The translations under genes and the position numbers were made by a program. 64,000 bases of DNA, taken from contig NC_043022.1 of the NCBI RefSeq assembly GCF_006345805.1, forward strand, positions 13,826,001-13,890,000, given 5' to 3'. Position 1 is the first letter of the stretch. Each line of letters opens with the position of its first letter. Under the pieces are notes generated by a model. The model had not been told where the DNA came from, searched no databases, and saw nothing but the letters and a program-made list of their open reading frames with translations. Below, in pieces: positions 49,658-60,926 of this stretch. This stretch comes from Octopus sinensis. Lineage: Eukaryota.

Positions 49658-50463
49658 CGTGTGTGTGTGTGTATGTGTGTAAATATATATATTTATACAC
49701 GTTTGTGCACACATATATTTGTATGTGTATTTATATGACGTACCATCATTTAACATCTATATTTGTATAATTTATATATATATCATCTTCATTATCATCA
49801 TCATTTTAATGTCCACCCTTCTATGGCTGCATGGGTCAGACAGTCTATTAAGGGAAATTTTTTATGGCTGGATACCCCAAGGTAATATTTCCTCGTGGCT
49901 ATATATATATTCTTTTAGAATACTGGAAATGAATGACACTGCTTGTATGACAGTGACACTCATTTACAACTACCACGTCATGTGAAGACAGATACACACT
50001 GTATGTATGTATGTATGTATATATATATATGTATATATATATTGTTGTATTTTGGGTTGGTCTTTTTTTTCTTTTTCTTTGCCAAATAATCACACACATT
50101 ATATATTTATTGTTGTTTATTACTGTTTTTATTTTAATTCACATCCATTGCCCAGAAATCTTTGGTCACACATCTGTGACCTCCTCAGCAACACTTTCCA
50201 TCTTTGTGAGTGCTGTTGTGTCTGGGGAGTGTGTTACATTATAAGGCACAAAAAGAAAATTACTGTCCCCAGACACAACAGTATATGTATGTATATATAT
50301 ATATATATATAAACATGCAATTCAAAAATTTCTTTTCATAAAAGAGTGTATATAATTGTGAATAAATCAGTTATATAATCTGATATAATTGCGATTTCTT
50401 CACAATCATAGACTCTTTTATATATATATATATATACATACATACATATACATACATACATAT

Positions 50464-50499
<36 letters not shown>

Positions 50500-50815
50500 C
50501 TGTGTGTGTTTGTCCCAGCCACTGCTTGACAACCAATGTTGCTATGTTTACATTCCCCATAACTTAGTCTATCAGTCCCTTTGGTTGAACTGTTAAGTAC
50601 CAGGCTCTTTAAAAAAAAAAAGTATGGGTTTGATTCAAACAGCAGCTAAAACTTCCTCAAGGTTCTGCTCCAGCATGGCTGCAGTCTAATGACTAAAACA
50701 AGTCAGAAATTAAAAGACAATGCCTTCATACCAACCCGAGCAATATGTACACATTAGTATATCTCTATTTTACGAATATATATTTTAAATGTTTGCTTTT
50801 TGTGTGTTTTTGCAG

Positions 50816-51211
50816 AAAAGTAAAAGCGTGAGCCAAAGCAGTAAAGGAAGCCACGGCCGCAGTGCGGCCGGTGCCCCAGGGAGGCTTCCTAACGACCCGA
50901 GCCAGCATCAGCTGTCAGCCCCGTCTAGCCAAACCGACCGCCCTCACGTAACGCCCGCAGTCGTCTCGAGTTCCACTTTGGGAACATGTTCAACGTCAAG
51001 CCAAAAGGTGACAGCCACTACGAAAAAGCCCACGTCTGATGGATCCAAATCTTCTAAACCTAAAGAAACAGATAGCAACAGTGCAACCACAACGGCCCCT
51101 TGTATCAATAACAATTTGAACTCTACCCCGACAAAATCTAATCATAAAAAAAAACGATCGAGACTTGCTGCCAACTTTTGTACTTCATCCTCAACAATGG
51201 CTAAAAACTGA
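50816..51211 (+). CDS. XRN1: XRN1 last coding exon
   Basis: ttgcAG acceptor; S/T/K-rich tail ending NHKKKRSRLAANFCTSSSTMAKN* (TGA 51209-51211), like the human C-terminal RKLAVNF motif. Confidence 0.9.
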   Translation, partial: KSKSVSQSSKGSHGRSAAGAPGRLPNDPSQHQLSAPSSQTDRPHVTPAVVSSSTLGTCSTSSQKVTATTKKPTSDGSKSSKPKETDSNSATTTAPCINNNLNSTPTKSNHKKKRSRLAANFCTSSSTMAKN

Positions 51212-51217
51212 AATAAA
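51212..51217 (+). promoter_or_regulatory. candidate polyadenylation signal AATAAA
   Basis: AATAAA directly after the XRN1 stop codon, followed by T-rich and GT-rich sequence (51223-51253). Confidence 0.4.
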
Positions 51218-51629
51218 TGAATTTTTTTTTTAAAAGATTTCTTTTGTGTTTTTATATATATAAAAAAAAAAAAACAGACCAAAGGAGTGGCTGTGTGGTA
51301 AGTAGCTTGCTAACCAACCACATGGTTCCGGGTTCAGTCCCACTGTGTGGCATCTTGAGCAAGTGTCTTCTACCATAGCCCCGGGCCGACCAATGCCTTG
51401 TGAGTGGATTTGGTAGACGGAAACTGAAAGAAGCCTGTTGTATATATGTATATATGTGTGTATGTATGTGTATGTATGTATGTATATGTATATATATGTG
51501 TATATATGTGTATGTGTATATATGTATGTATATATGTGTATGTATGTATATATATGTGTATGTATGTATGTATATGTGTATGTATGTATGTATGTGTGTA
51601 TATATGTATGTGTGTATATATATGTATTT

Positions 51630-51795
51630 TTTTTTCTTTTCTAGTTTCAGCTCAGAGCTGCGGCCATGCTGATGCACCGCCGTTTTGTGCTACACTGTTA
51701 ATACGACAAACCTCGTCTGATATGTGGCACTTGGTGAAGAATGGAGTTTGATACAGCTACTCTCATTTGCACCTCTTGCCGTGAGGTAGGTTCAT
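51630..51795 (-). mobile_element. second, severely 5'-truncated copy of the same CR1 LINE family
   Basis: reverse complement matches 57855-58040 (CCCAGATGAACC...GGCGGTG..CAGCATGGCC.CAGCT..AGCTGAAACTA). Confidence 0.85.
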
Positions 51796-51816
51796 CTGGG
51801 ACTCTTGACAGGAAGA

Positions 51817-51942
51817 TGTATGTATATATATATGTATGTATATATATATATATGTATATATATGTATGTATATATATATATATGTATATATATGTATGTA
51901 TATATATATATATGTATATATATGTATGTATATATATATATG

Positions 51943-52015
<73 letters not shown>

Positions 52016-52146
52016 GTATATGTATGTATGTATATATGTATGTATGTATATATGTATGTATGAATGTATATGTATGTGTATATATATATGTATGTGTATA
52101 TATATATGTATGTGTATATGTATATATGTATATGTATGTATATATG

Positions 52147-52201
<55 letters not shown>

Positions 52202-52322
52202 GTATATATGTATGTATATATGTATGTATGTATATATGTATGTATGTATGAATGTATATATATATGTATGTGTATATATATATGTATGTGTATATGTATA
52301 TATGTATATGTATGTATATATG

Positions 52323-52381
<59 letters not shown>

Positions 52382-52688
52382 TAATCAATATAGGGTGGCA
52401 AAAAAAAAAAAAAATTTTGTAGAATTTTTTTGCCACCAGCGGCCTAGTGGGAAAAAATTAAATAGTCATAGACCATTTTTAAGTTCAACATCACAATCAA
52501 GAACGGCCATAATAGGCCATTCACCCACTAGAAATAACAGCCAAAAGCTTTAACCGCAGTTAAAGCTTTTGGCTGTTATTTCTAGTGGGTGAATGGCCTA
52601 TTATGTATGTATATATATATATGTATGTATGTATATATATATATGTATGTATATATATATATATGTATGTATATATATATATGTATGT

Positions 52689-52722
<34 letters not shown>

Positions 52723-52731
52723 GTATATATG

Positions 52732-52763
<32 letters not shown>

Positions 52764-54062
52764 TATGTATGTATATATATATATGTATGTATATATATAT
52801 ATGTATGTATATATATATGTATGTATATATATATGTATGTATATATGTATGTATGTATATATGTATGTATGTATATATGTATGTATGTATATATGTATGT
52901 ATGTATATATGTATGTATGTATATATATATGTATGTATATATATATGTATATATATATATATGTATATATATATATGTATGTATATATATATGTATATAT
53001 ATATGTATGTATATATATATGTATGTTGTATATGTATATATGTATGTATATGTATATATGTATGTATATATATATGTATGTATGTATTATATGTATATAT
53101 ATGTATGTATGGTATATATGTATGTATGTATATGATATATGTATGTATGTATGTATTATGTATGTATGTATTATGTATATATATGTAGTATATGTATATA
53201 TGTATGTATGTATATGTAATATGTATGTATGTATATGTATATATATGTATGTATATATATATGTATAATGTATGTATGTATATATGTATGTATATATGTA
53301 TGTATGTATATATATATGTATGTATGTATATATATGTATGTATATGTATATATATATATGTATGTATATGTATATGTATGTATATGTATATGTATGTATA
53401 TGTATATATATATGTATGTATATGTATATATATGTATGTATATGTATATATATGTATGTATATGTATATATATATGTATGTATATGTATATGTATGTATA
53501 TGTATATATATGTATGTATATGTATATATATATATGTATGTATATATATATGTATGTATGTTATGTATGTATAATATGTATATGTATGTATATAGATGTA
53601 TATATGTATGTATATGTATGTATATATGTATGTATATATATATATATGTAGTATATATGTATGTATATGTATGTATATATGTATGTATATGATGTATATG
53701 TATGTATATATGTATGTATATGTATGTATATATATGTATGTATATGTATGTATATATATGTATGTAGTATATGTATGTATATATGTATGATATATGTATG
53801 TATATATGTATGTATTATATGTATGTAGTATATATATATATATATATTATGTATATATGTATGTATATGTTGTATATATGTATGTATATTATGTATTATA
53901 ATGTATGTATATGTGTATATATATATGTATGTATATGTTGTATATATGTATGTATTGTATGTATATATGTATGTAGTATATGTATATATATATATGTATG
54001 TATATGTATGTATGATATATATATATATGTATGTATATGTATGTATGTATATATATATATGT
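51817..54062. repeat. compound (TA)n/(TATG)n microsatellite, about 2.2 kb, with a 225-bp unique island
   Basis: direct inspection; further compound microsatellites at 15565-15835, 33220-33440, 33975-34232, 54612-55005. Confidence 0.95.
52508..52605. repeat. perfect 47-bp inverted repeat with 4-nt loop
   Basis: 52508-52554 is the exact reverse complement of 52559-52605; loop CGCA. Confidence 0.95.
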
Positions 54063-54079
54063 ATGAATTTGTATCTTTG

Positions 54080-54612
54080 TGGTACCAGTGCCGGTGGCAC
54101 ACAAGAAAATCATCCGAACGTGGCCGTAGCCAGTACCGCATAGACTGGCCTCCGTGCTTTGGGGACGTAACAAACACCATCCGATCGTGGCCGTCCGCCA
54201 GCCTCATCTGGCACCTGTGTCGGTGGCACATAAAAACACCATCCGAGCGTGGCCGTCTGCCAGCCTCGTCTGGCACCTGCCAGCCTCATCTGGCACCTGT
54301 GTGGTGGCACATAAAAACACCATCCGAGCGTGGCCGTCTGCCAGCCTCGTCTGGCACCTGTGTGGTGGCACATAAAAACACCATCCGAGCGTGGCCGTTC
54401 GCCAGCCTCGTCTGGCACCTGTGTCGGTGGCACATAAAATCACCCACTACACTCTCGGAGTGGTTGGCGTTAGAAGGGCATCCAGCTGTAGAAACACTGC
54501 CAGATCTGACTGGCCTGGTGCAGCCTTCGGCTCCCCAGACCCCAGTTGAACCGTCCAACCCATGCTAGCATGGAGAACGGACGCTAATGATGATGATGAT
54601 GATGATGATGAT
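54080..54612 (+). mobile_element. SINE-B: element with RTE-type 3' tail ending (GAT)n and internal tandem repeats (example)
   Basis: GGTGGCAC.TAAAAAGCACC repeats, AGGAAGGGCATCCAGCTGTAGAAAC, GGACGTTAAACGATGATG; about 18 copies, e.g. 4880-5240(-), 7903-8230(-), 18798-19060(-), 23125-23505(+), 29406-29750(-), 34233-34490(-), 61326-61630(-). Confidence 0.85.
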
Positions 54613-54676
54613 GTATATATATATATGTAATGTATATATATGTATGTATATATATGTGTATGTATATATTGTGTAT

Positions 54677-54710
<34 letters not shown>

Positions 54711-54836
54711 GTGTATATATATATATGGTGTATGTATGTTGTGTATATATATATTATATATATATATATATGTGTATATATATATATGTGTATGTATGTG
54801 TGTGTATATATATATGTGTATATATATATATGTGTA

Positions 54837-54869
<33 letters not shown>

Positions 54870-54898
54870 TATATGTGTTATATATATATGTGTATGTA

Positions 54899-54943
<45 letters not shown>

Positions 54944-55529
54944 ATATATATATATGTGTATGTGTGTGTGTGTATATATATATATATGTATATATATATG
55001 TATTTGTAGGGTAAAGACGTGTTGCTTTGCTCTGTGATAAAAAAAACAAAAAGGTTTGCATAAATCGTCAAAAACTCATAAAAAACATAGAACTTGCTGT
55101 CTCATAGCGGTCCACTAGGATATATTAGTTAAAAACTGTAATATATTTTGCTTCAAGCCAAATATAATACACTAAAGTTAATTACGCACGCCAGATTTCC
55201 CGTCGAAAAAGCAAGTGGTGACATCTCTTAAGTTTATTCCCAATCGACTTCAACAAGCAAAAAGAACCGTTTTTCTTTTTCTTTTTGAAAGAAAACCTCT
55301 TCGTATAGGGAGAAGACTTTGGGACTTCTACCTCTTATAAGATAAGTACCCCTTTTCATTTGTTTATTTTCCCGTAATTCAATGTAAGGACCTATTCTCT
55401 GTTTACATTCTGTTTACTTTCACTTTCTGTTTCAGCTCCGTTACATCTCTTTAAAATTATTCAATTTTAGATAGGCATATATTTATTTGTCGCTTTATTT
55501 ATACACACACACACATATATATATATATT

Positions 55530-58047
55530 TACTCAGTCCCCTCAATGTGAACGAGGTCAGGCGAGGTCCCTCCTGAACCTCATCAACACTCTGTACATGG
55601 AGCAAATAATACTCCAACCAACCAGGGCAGGTAACACACTGGATCTCTGCTTCACAAATAATATGGATCTCATCCATAATGTGAAAGTGACGCCGACACT
55701 ACTCTCGGATCACAACATGGTAGAGCTGACCATGTACGGGCCAAAGGAAAGCATGGACATGCAGCCTACAAGAAACTCTCAGAATCTTTCCAGCTTGAAC
55801 TTCCATAAGGCAAACTGGAAACAAATTGAGAAAGAGATCCTCAAACAAAACTGGCCTGAATGTCTATCCTTGCCAGACATCGACATGAAACTTCAACAAT
55901 TCATGTCTGTAATGCAAGCCATATGCTACAAATGTGTCCCAAGAGAAAGGCCACTGTACACAAGAGCAAAATCCCCAGAGAGAGGAAAATTCAAATGAGA
56001 CGGCATACAAAAGTTTCAAATTGCCTAAACAAACAAATTGAAAGCAGTGAAAAGTCCTGCCTGAAAATAAAACTGTTGGAAATTGAAAAATATCTGCAAC
56101 TCTCCCATGAAAAAGAAAGAGCAGACAAAGAAACCTGGGCTATAGACAACATAAAATCTAACCCCAGAGCTCTCTATAGGTATGCCAAAGAAACAGCTAC
56201 GGTGCACTGTAGGATAGGGTCACTCCTTGAAAAGGATGGCACACTCACAGGAAATCCAATGAGTGTAAGTGAAATACTAAATGAGCAATTCAAGAGTATT
56301 TTCACTCCACCCCCAGGGCATTTTCAAGTCAGCAATCCAACTGACTTCTTTACCACTGCAGATATAAAATCAGAGGCAGCGACGATTGATTACATCAATA
56401 TAAAGGAAGATGATGTAATAAAGGCTATTGATGAAATGAAAACAAACTCAGCTACTGGCCCCGATGGATTCCCAGCAATCCTTCTAAAAGTATGTAAGAG
56501 AGTCCTAGCAAGACCACTGCAGTTCATGTTTCAGAGCTTCCTTGTAACTGGCAAACTTCCAAGAAAACTGAAGGAAGGTAAAATATGCCCTATTCATAAA
56601 GGAGGTAGCAGAGCGGAGGCCAAGAACTACAGACCTATCTCTCTGACCTCACACATCAGCAAGGTCATGGAACGAATAGTCAGAAGGAAACTAATCACCT
56701 TCCTTGAAGAAAATGACTTGCTGCCTGACACCCAACATGGTTTCCGACCAGGAAGAAGCTGCTTAACTCAGCTCCTACAACACTATGACTGGGTGCTGAA
56801 ACGACTGCTCAACCACTCAAATGTGGAAGTCATATATCTCGACTTTGCAAAGGCCTTTGATAAAGTCAATCATGGAAGGATATGTCACAAACTGCGTGAT
56901 CTTGGCATAGTTGGAAAATTGGGAGAATGGCTTCATGACTTTCTGAGTGAAATAATGAGTGGTGTTCCACAAGGCACTGTTCTGGGACCACTACTGTTCA
57001 TAATGGCCCTCTCAGACATGCCCTCAGCCATGCAGAGAGCCACGATCACAAGTTATGCAGATGATACAAAAGTTTCACAGGCAATACAGAACCCTGAAGA
57101 CGCTAAGCACCTGCAATGTGAGCTGGACAAAATATACAAGTGGGCTGAAAAGAATAGCATGCAGTTCAATGCTGAAAAGTTTCAAGCTTTATACTATCAG
57201 CATGCAAAACTAAATGCAATACCCAATAAATACACTGGACCTGGAGGGATTGCAATCCCAGAGGCACAATCAGTGCGAGACCTGGGTATTTACACAAGTA
57301 ATGATGCAACCTTTCATGTGCATGTTGCTAAATTGGCAATGAAATGTAGGCGGCTGACCGGATGGATTCTTAGAACCTTTAGAACAAGAGACCAGGAAAC
57401 CATGATGGTCCTCTGGAGGACACTTGTCCTAAGCCACTTTGACTATTGCTCTCAGCTATGGTCACCATCCAGTGTCAAGTTAATCACAGAACTTGAGGCG
57501 ATCCAACGAAGCTACATGAAGAAGATAGCCTCTGTGCAGCATATAAGCTATTGGGAAAGACTCAAGAGATTGAGACTCTATTCCTTAGAGCGTAGGCGAG
57601 AACGATATGCCATAATATACATCTGGAAGATCCTAGAAGGACTTGTCCCAAATTTTGGCATCGAGAGTTACACAAATGCCAGAACTGGGCGCCACTGCAT
57701 AGTGCCAAGGACTCCAAATTTGCCATCAAGATGTAGGACAAGATACTGTGATAGCCTGGGCTTCCGAGGCCCACAGCTCTTCAATATCCTCCAGAAGAAC
57801 CTAAGAGACCTGCATGGGGTGGATGCAGATGTCTTTAAAATGAAACTGGATCTCTTCTTGTCAGGTGTCCCAGATGAACCAACTTCACAGCAGGAGGTGC
57901 AGATGAGGGCAGCTGCATTGAACTCTCTCATGCACCAGATGGCATTTGCTAAAAAGCATTCGTGAAGTAAAATCATGTAGCAACACCAAATGGCGGTGCC
58001 CCAAGCATGGCCACAGCTTGTGAGCTGAAACTAAATAAAATAAAAAA
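55530..58047 (+). mobile_element. CR1-group LINE, 5'-truncated, with endonuclease C-terminus, RT and 3' tail
   Basis: PTRAGNTLDL...SDH (APE end), frameshift near 55990, then a 701-aa ORF with GPDG, NYRPISLTS, QHGF, YLDFAKAFD, SGVPQG, YADD and the CR1-type YWERL..LYSLERRR; A-rich end. Confidence 0.93.
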
Positions 58048-58104
58048 TATATATATATACACACACACATACATATATATACATATATATATATACACAC
58101 ACAT

Positions 58105-58650
58105 ACAGACTTTCCCAGGAGAGTAAAGCCTTAGACTATTTCTTTTTACTTTTTCGAATGAGCCTATTTGAAATCATTACGGCAGAAACGAACCGTTACG
58201 CTAAATGTAAACAAAGCGAAAGAAAGGATAGTTAGTGGTTTCCCACAACCTTAAATGAAATTAAGACTATTTTGCCATAAATATTATTATGGGTATCAGA
58301 AAGTTACCCAGAATAACAAATTCTATCGTAAAATTTTGTTGTATACCCAATTGAATATTAGCTAATAACCCATTTTCTATAGCAATGTTTGAACAAAATT
58401 TTAATAATTTTATATTTTGTTGAATTTACCTGTATCTACCTGCAATTAGTCACTTTGTGACAAAAATTATAGTATAGAATTGGTTGAGAACATTTCATTA
58501 AATTATCTTCCAAAAATCACATTAATATATTGATAAATAAAAAAGTTATAGTTGTTTAATGAAACCAGACTAAATTTATGATTACGTTAGAAATTAATTG
58601 AAACACATAAGGGGTGTATTTTGGTCAGAAATATAGTAACGAAAGGGTGA
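58105..58650 (+). mobile_element. piggyBac (PGBD-like) transposase remnant plus right terminus
   Basis: LDYF..LF..LFEIITAETNRYAK...WFPTTLNEIK..FAINIIMGIRKLP with stops and frameshift; ends GTAACGAAAGGG-TGAA, resembling MITE family 2 termini. Confidence 0.7.
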
Positions 58651-59089
58651 AGGGTTTAGCAACAAGTTGCTTAACCACATACCGAAAAATTTAGAAATAG
58701 CAACCAAAAGACCATTATTTCTTTTCGCTACAAAATATGACTCCACAGACAACCCTCTCTGTAAAAAAAACACAGGCAAAAAAAAGAAGGAAAACAATGA
58801 AATCAGTCTTCAGTTAATTATGGACGTGTTTCTGGATTAGAGTTATAAAACTCATTTATACACTCTGTGTGTGTGTGTCCATCCGTCCCAACCCCTGTTT
58901 GTCGACCAGCGTTGGTGTGTTTGCATCCGCATAATGTAGTGGTTTGGAAAAAGAGACTGATGGAATAAGAACTAGGCTTAAAAAAGAAGTATAGGTGTCA
59001 AATTCATTCAATGAAAATTCATGGTGCCCCAGCATGGCCACAGTCTAATTACAGATAAAGATAAAATATGTAACTTATCATGATTTCAA

Positions 59090-60250
59090 AAAGGGATTGA
59101 AACCCTCATGCTAAATACTAAGTTATACCTTACCACTAAGCCACCCAAGCAACTCTTATTTCTAGCCTAAAACTAAAAGTATTTAAACCTATTTTTTTAA
59201 TGATTGAACACAATTATAGATTTAAGTATCTCATCTGTGACAGTAACTAATGGGGGGGACCCGGTAGACTCGTGGGTAAAGGTGTACGTAGGTAAGCAGT
59301 GCAAAGGGGGATGTTAGCAACCTTGTCCTGGGGGGATCAAATCAGAGTGTAGGAGAGATTCTTTTATATTTTTTTTCTTTTGTTTCAAAGATGCTAAAAA
59401 AAAAAATAGCTGCAGACAGAGATTGAAACCTCTATCTCTACACAGGATTAGTAATTAAATTACCAACCCTTTTACCTACTAAGCCACCAAACCTCACCTT
59501 GTAAATCAGTGAAAAAATGAGATATTTAAATCTATTTTTATTAATGATTGGACACAATTATAGATTTAAGTATCTCATTTTTGACAGCAACTAATAGGGG
59601 GACCCTGTAGACTCGTGGGTAAAGGTGTACATAGGTAGGCAGTGTGAAGGGGGATGTTAGCAACCTTGTCCTGGGGGATCAAATCAGGGTATAGGAGAGA
59701 TTCTTTTATATTTGTTTCAAAGATGCTAAAAAAAAAAATAGCTGCAGACAGAGATTGAAACCTCTATCTCTACACAGGATTAGTAATTAAATTACCAACC
59801 CTGTTACCCACTAAGCCACCAAACCACACCTCATAAAGCAGTGAAAAGATGAGATATTTAAACCTATTTTTATTATTGAGTTGATGCTGGGGTAGATTTA
59901 ATTATCATAATTTCTACAGAAATTAATGGGGGGGGGGTGAGTAAGGGTGCAGATAGATAAAGTGTGATAGGACATCCTTTTTTTTTTTGTTTGAAAAAAA
60001 AAAAAACCCACCTTCGCAGTAGCTCTAAGTAGAGTTTGAAACCTCTATCATCTTACAACGTTATTGATGTTAATTATCAACATCTTTACACAGGTGGGGG
60101 CCATCTCAGCAGCAACAAGAACAAGCTTAAGAGTGGGATATTTGAATCTATTCCCATTAAGGATCTGATGCTGTAATGGATTCCCATATCTCGTTTTTCA
60201 CTGAATGAGTGGGTGAATGGCATGGTGGGGCAGAACAACAGCTTAGATGG
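59090..60250. repeat. degenerate 330-345 bp satellite, 2 close copies plus diverged flanking copies
   Basis: GATTG(A/G)ACACAATTATAG at 59202 and 59546; GCTAAAA..ATAGCTGCAG at 59394 and 59725. Confidence 0.8.
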
Positions 60251-60538
60251 AAGATTCTGTCCAAGGTTCAGGGCAGAGTGAAAATGAAAATTGTATGTCT
60301 TTCCCCTTTAACCCTTTAGTATTTAAACCTGCCATATCCGGCCAAAATATTTAATCTGTTTTATGTTCAAACTGACCAGATCCAGGCCCTCACACCTACC
60401 CTACAATGTTATTCTACATGAAGTAATTACACTATCAAGATCTTGAAGATATGAGATAATGCATGATTAATTCAAATTAATGGGAATCAATAAGCATTGT
60501 TTGATAGAATAATCTGAACACTAAAGGGTTAAATAACA

Positions 60539-60926
60539 CTAGCAGTATTGCCCGGCATTGCTCGGGTTTGTAAGGGAAATAACTATATAAGCATTTTTAG
60601 AGATGTAAAGTATAATAGCCATCTCAGTATGGCTAACTACAAAGGGGGGGGGTGTTACTGAAGCTTTTTACGTTCTGAGATTTAATAATACATTTTTAGA
60701 GAGTTAATTCCCTTATATAAACCAAGCGAAAATGCATTAAAAATGCGGAAAAATTATGTTAAATTTTTTTTTAAATCGTAGACGCGTGCTAATACCCAGA
60801 AGGGCTCGATATGAATCACGACTATAAGATACCCGGTTTTGGTTAAACTGCACTGCAAAATGTGGGAGTAGTTAGGAATCTAAATCGGAGGAGACAGACA
60901 CACAACTTCTCTTTTATATATAAAGA
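60539..60926 (-). mobile_element. non-autonomous Helitron
   Basis: A|TC 5' end, 3' hairpin CCCG-AGCAATGC-CGGG then CTAG|T; same family at 26034-26329 (+) and about 62815-63015 (+). Confidence 0.85.

Noticed and set aside
50156-50206. AG...GTGAGT-bounded segment as a candidate exon before the last exon
   Set aside because: It has an in-frame TGA in the required phase 0.
51741-55071. Many long ORFs rich in Y/I/M/C/V or H/T/Y
   Set aside because: These are translations of (TA)n, (TG)n and (TATG)n microsatellites. The same applies to ORFs near 15540-15900, 21225-21550, 33050-34540 and 37300-37690.
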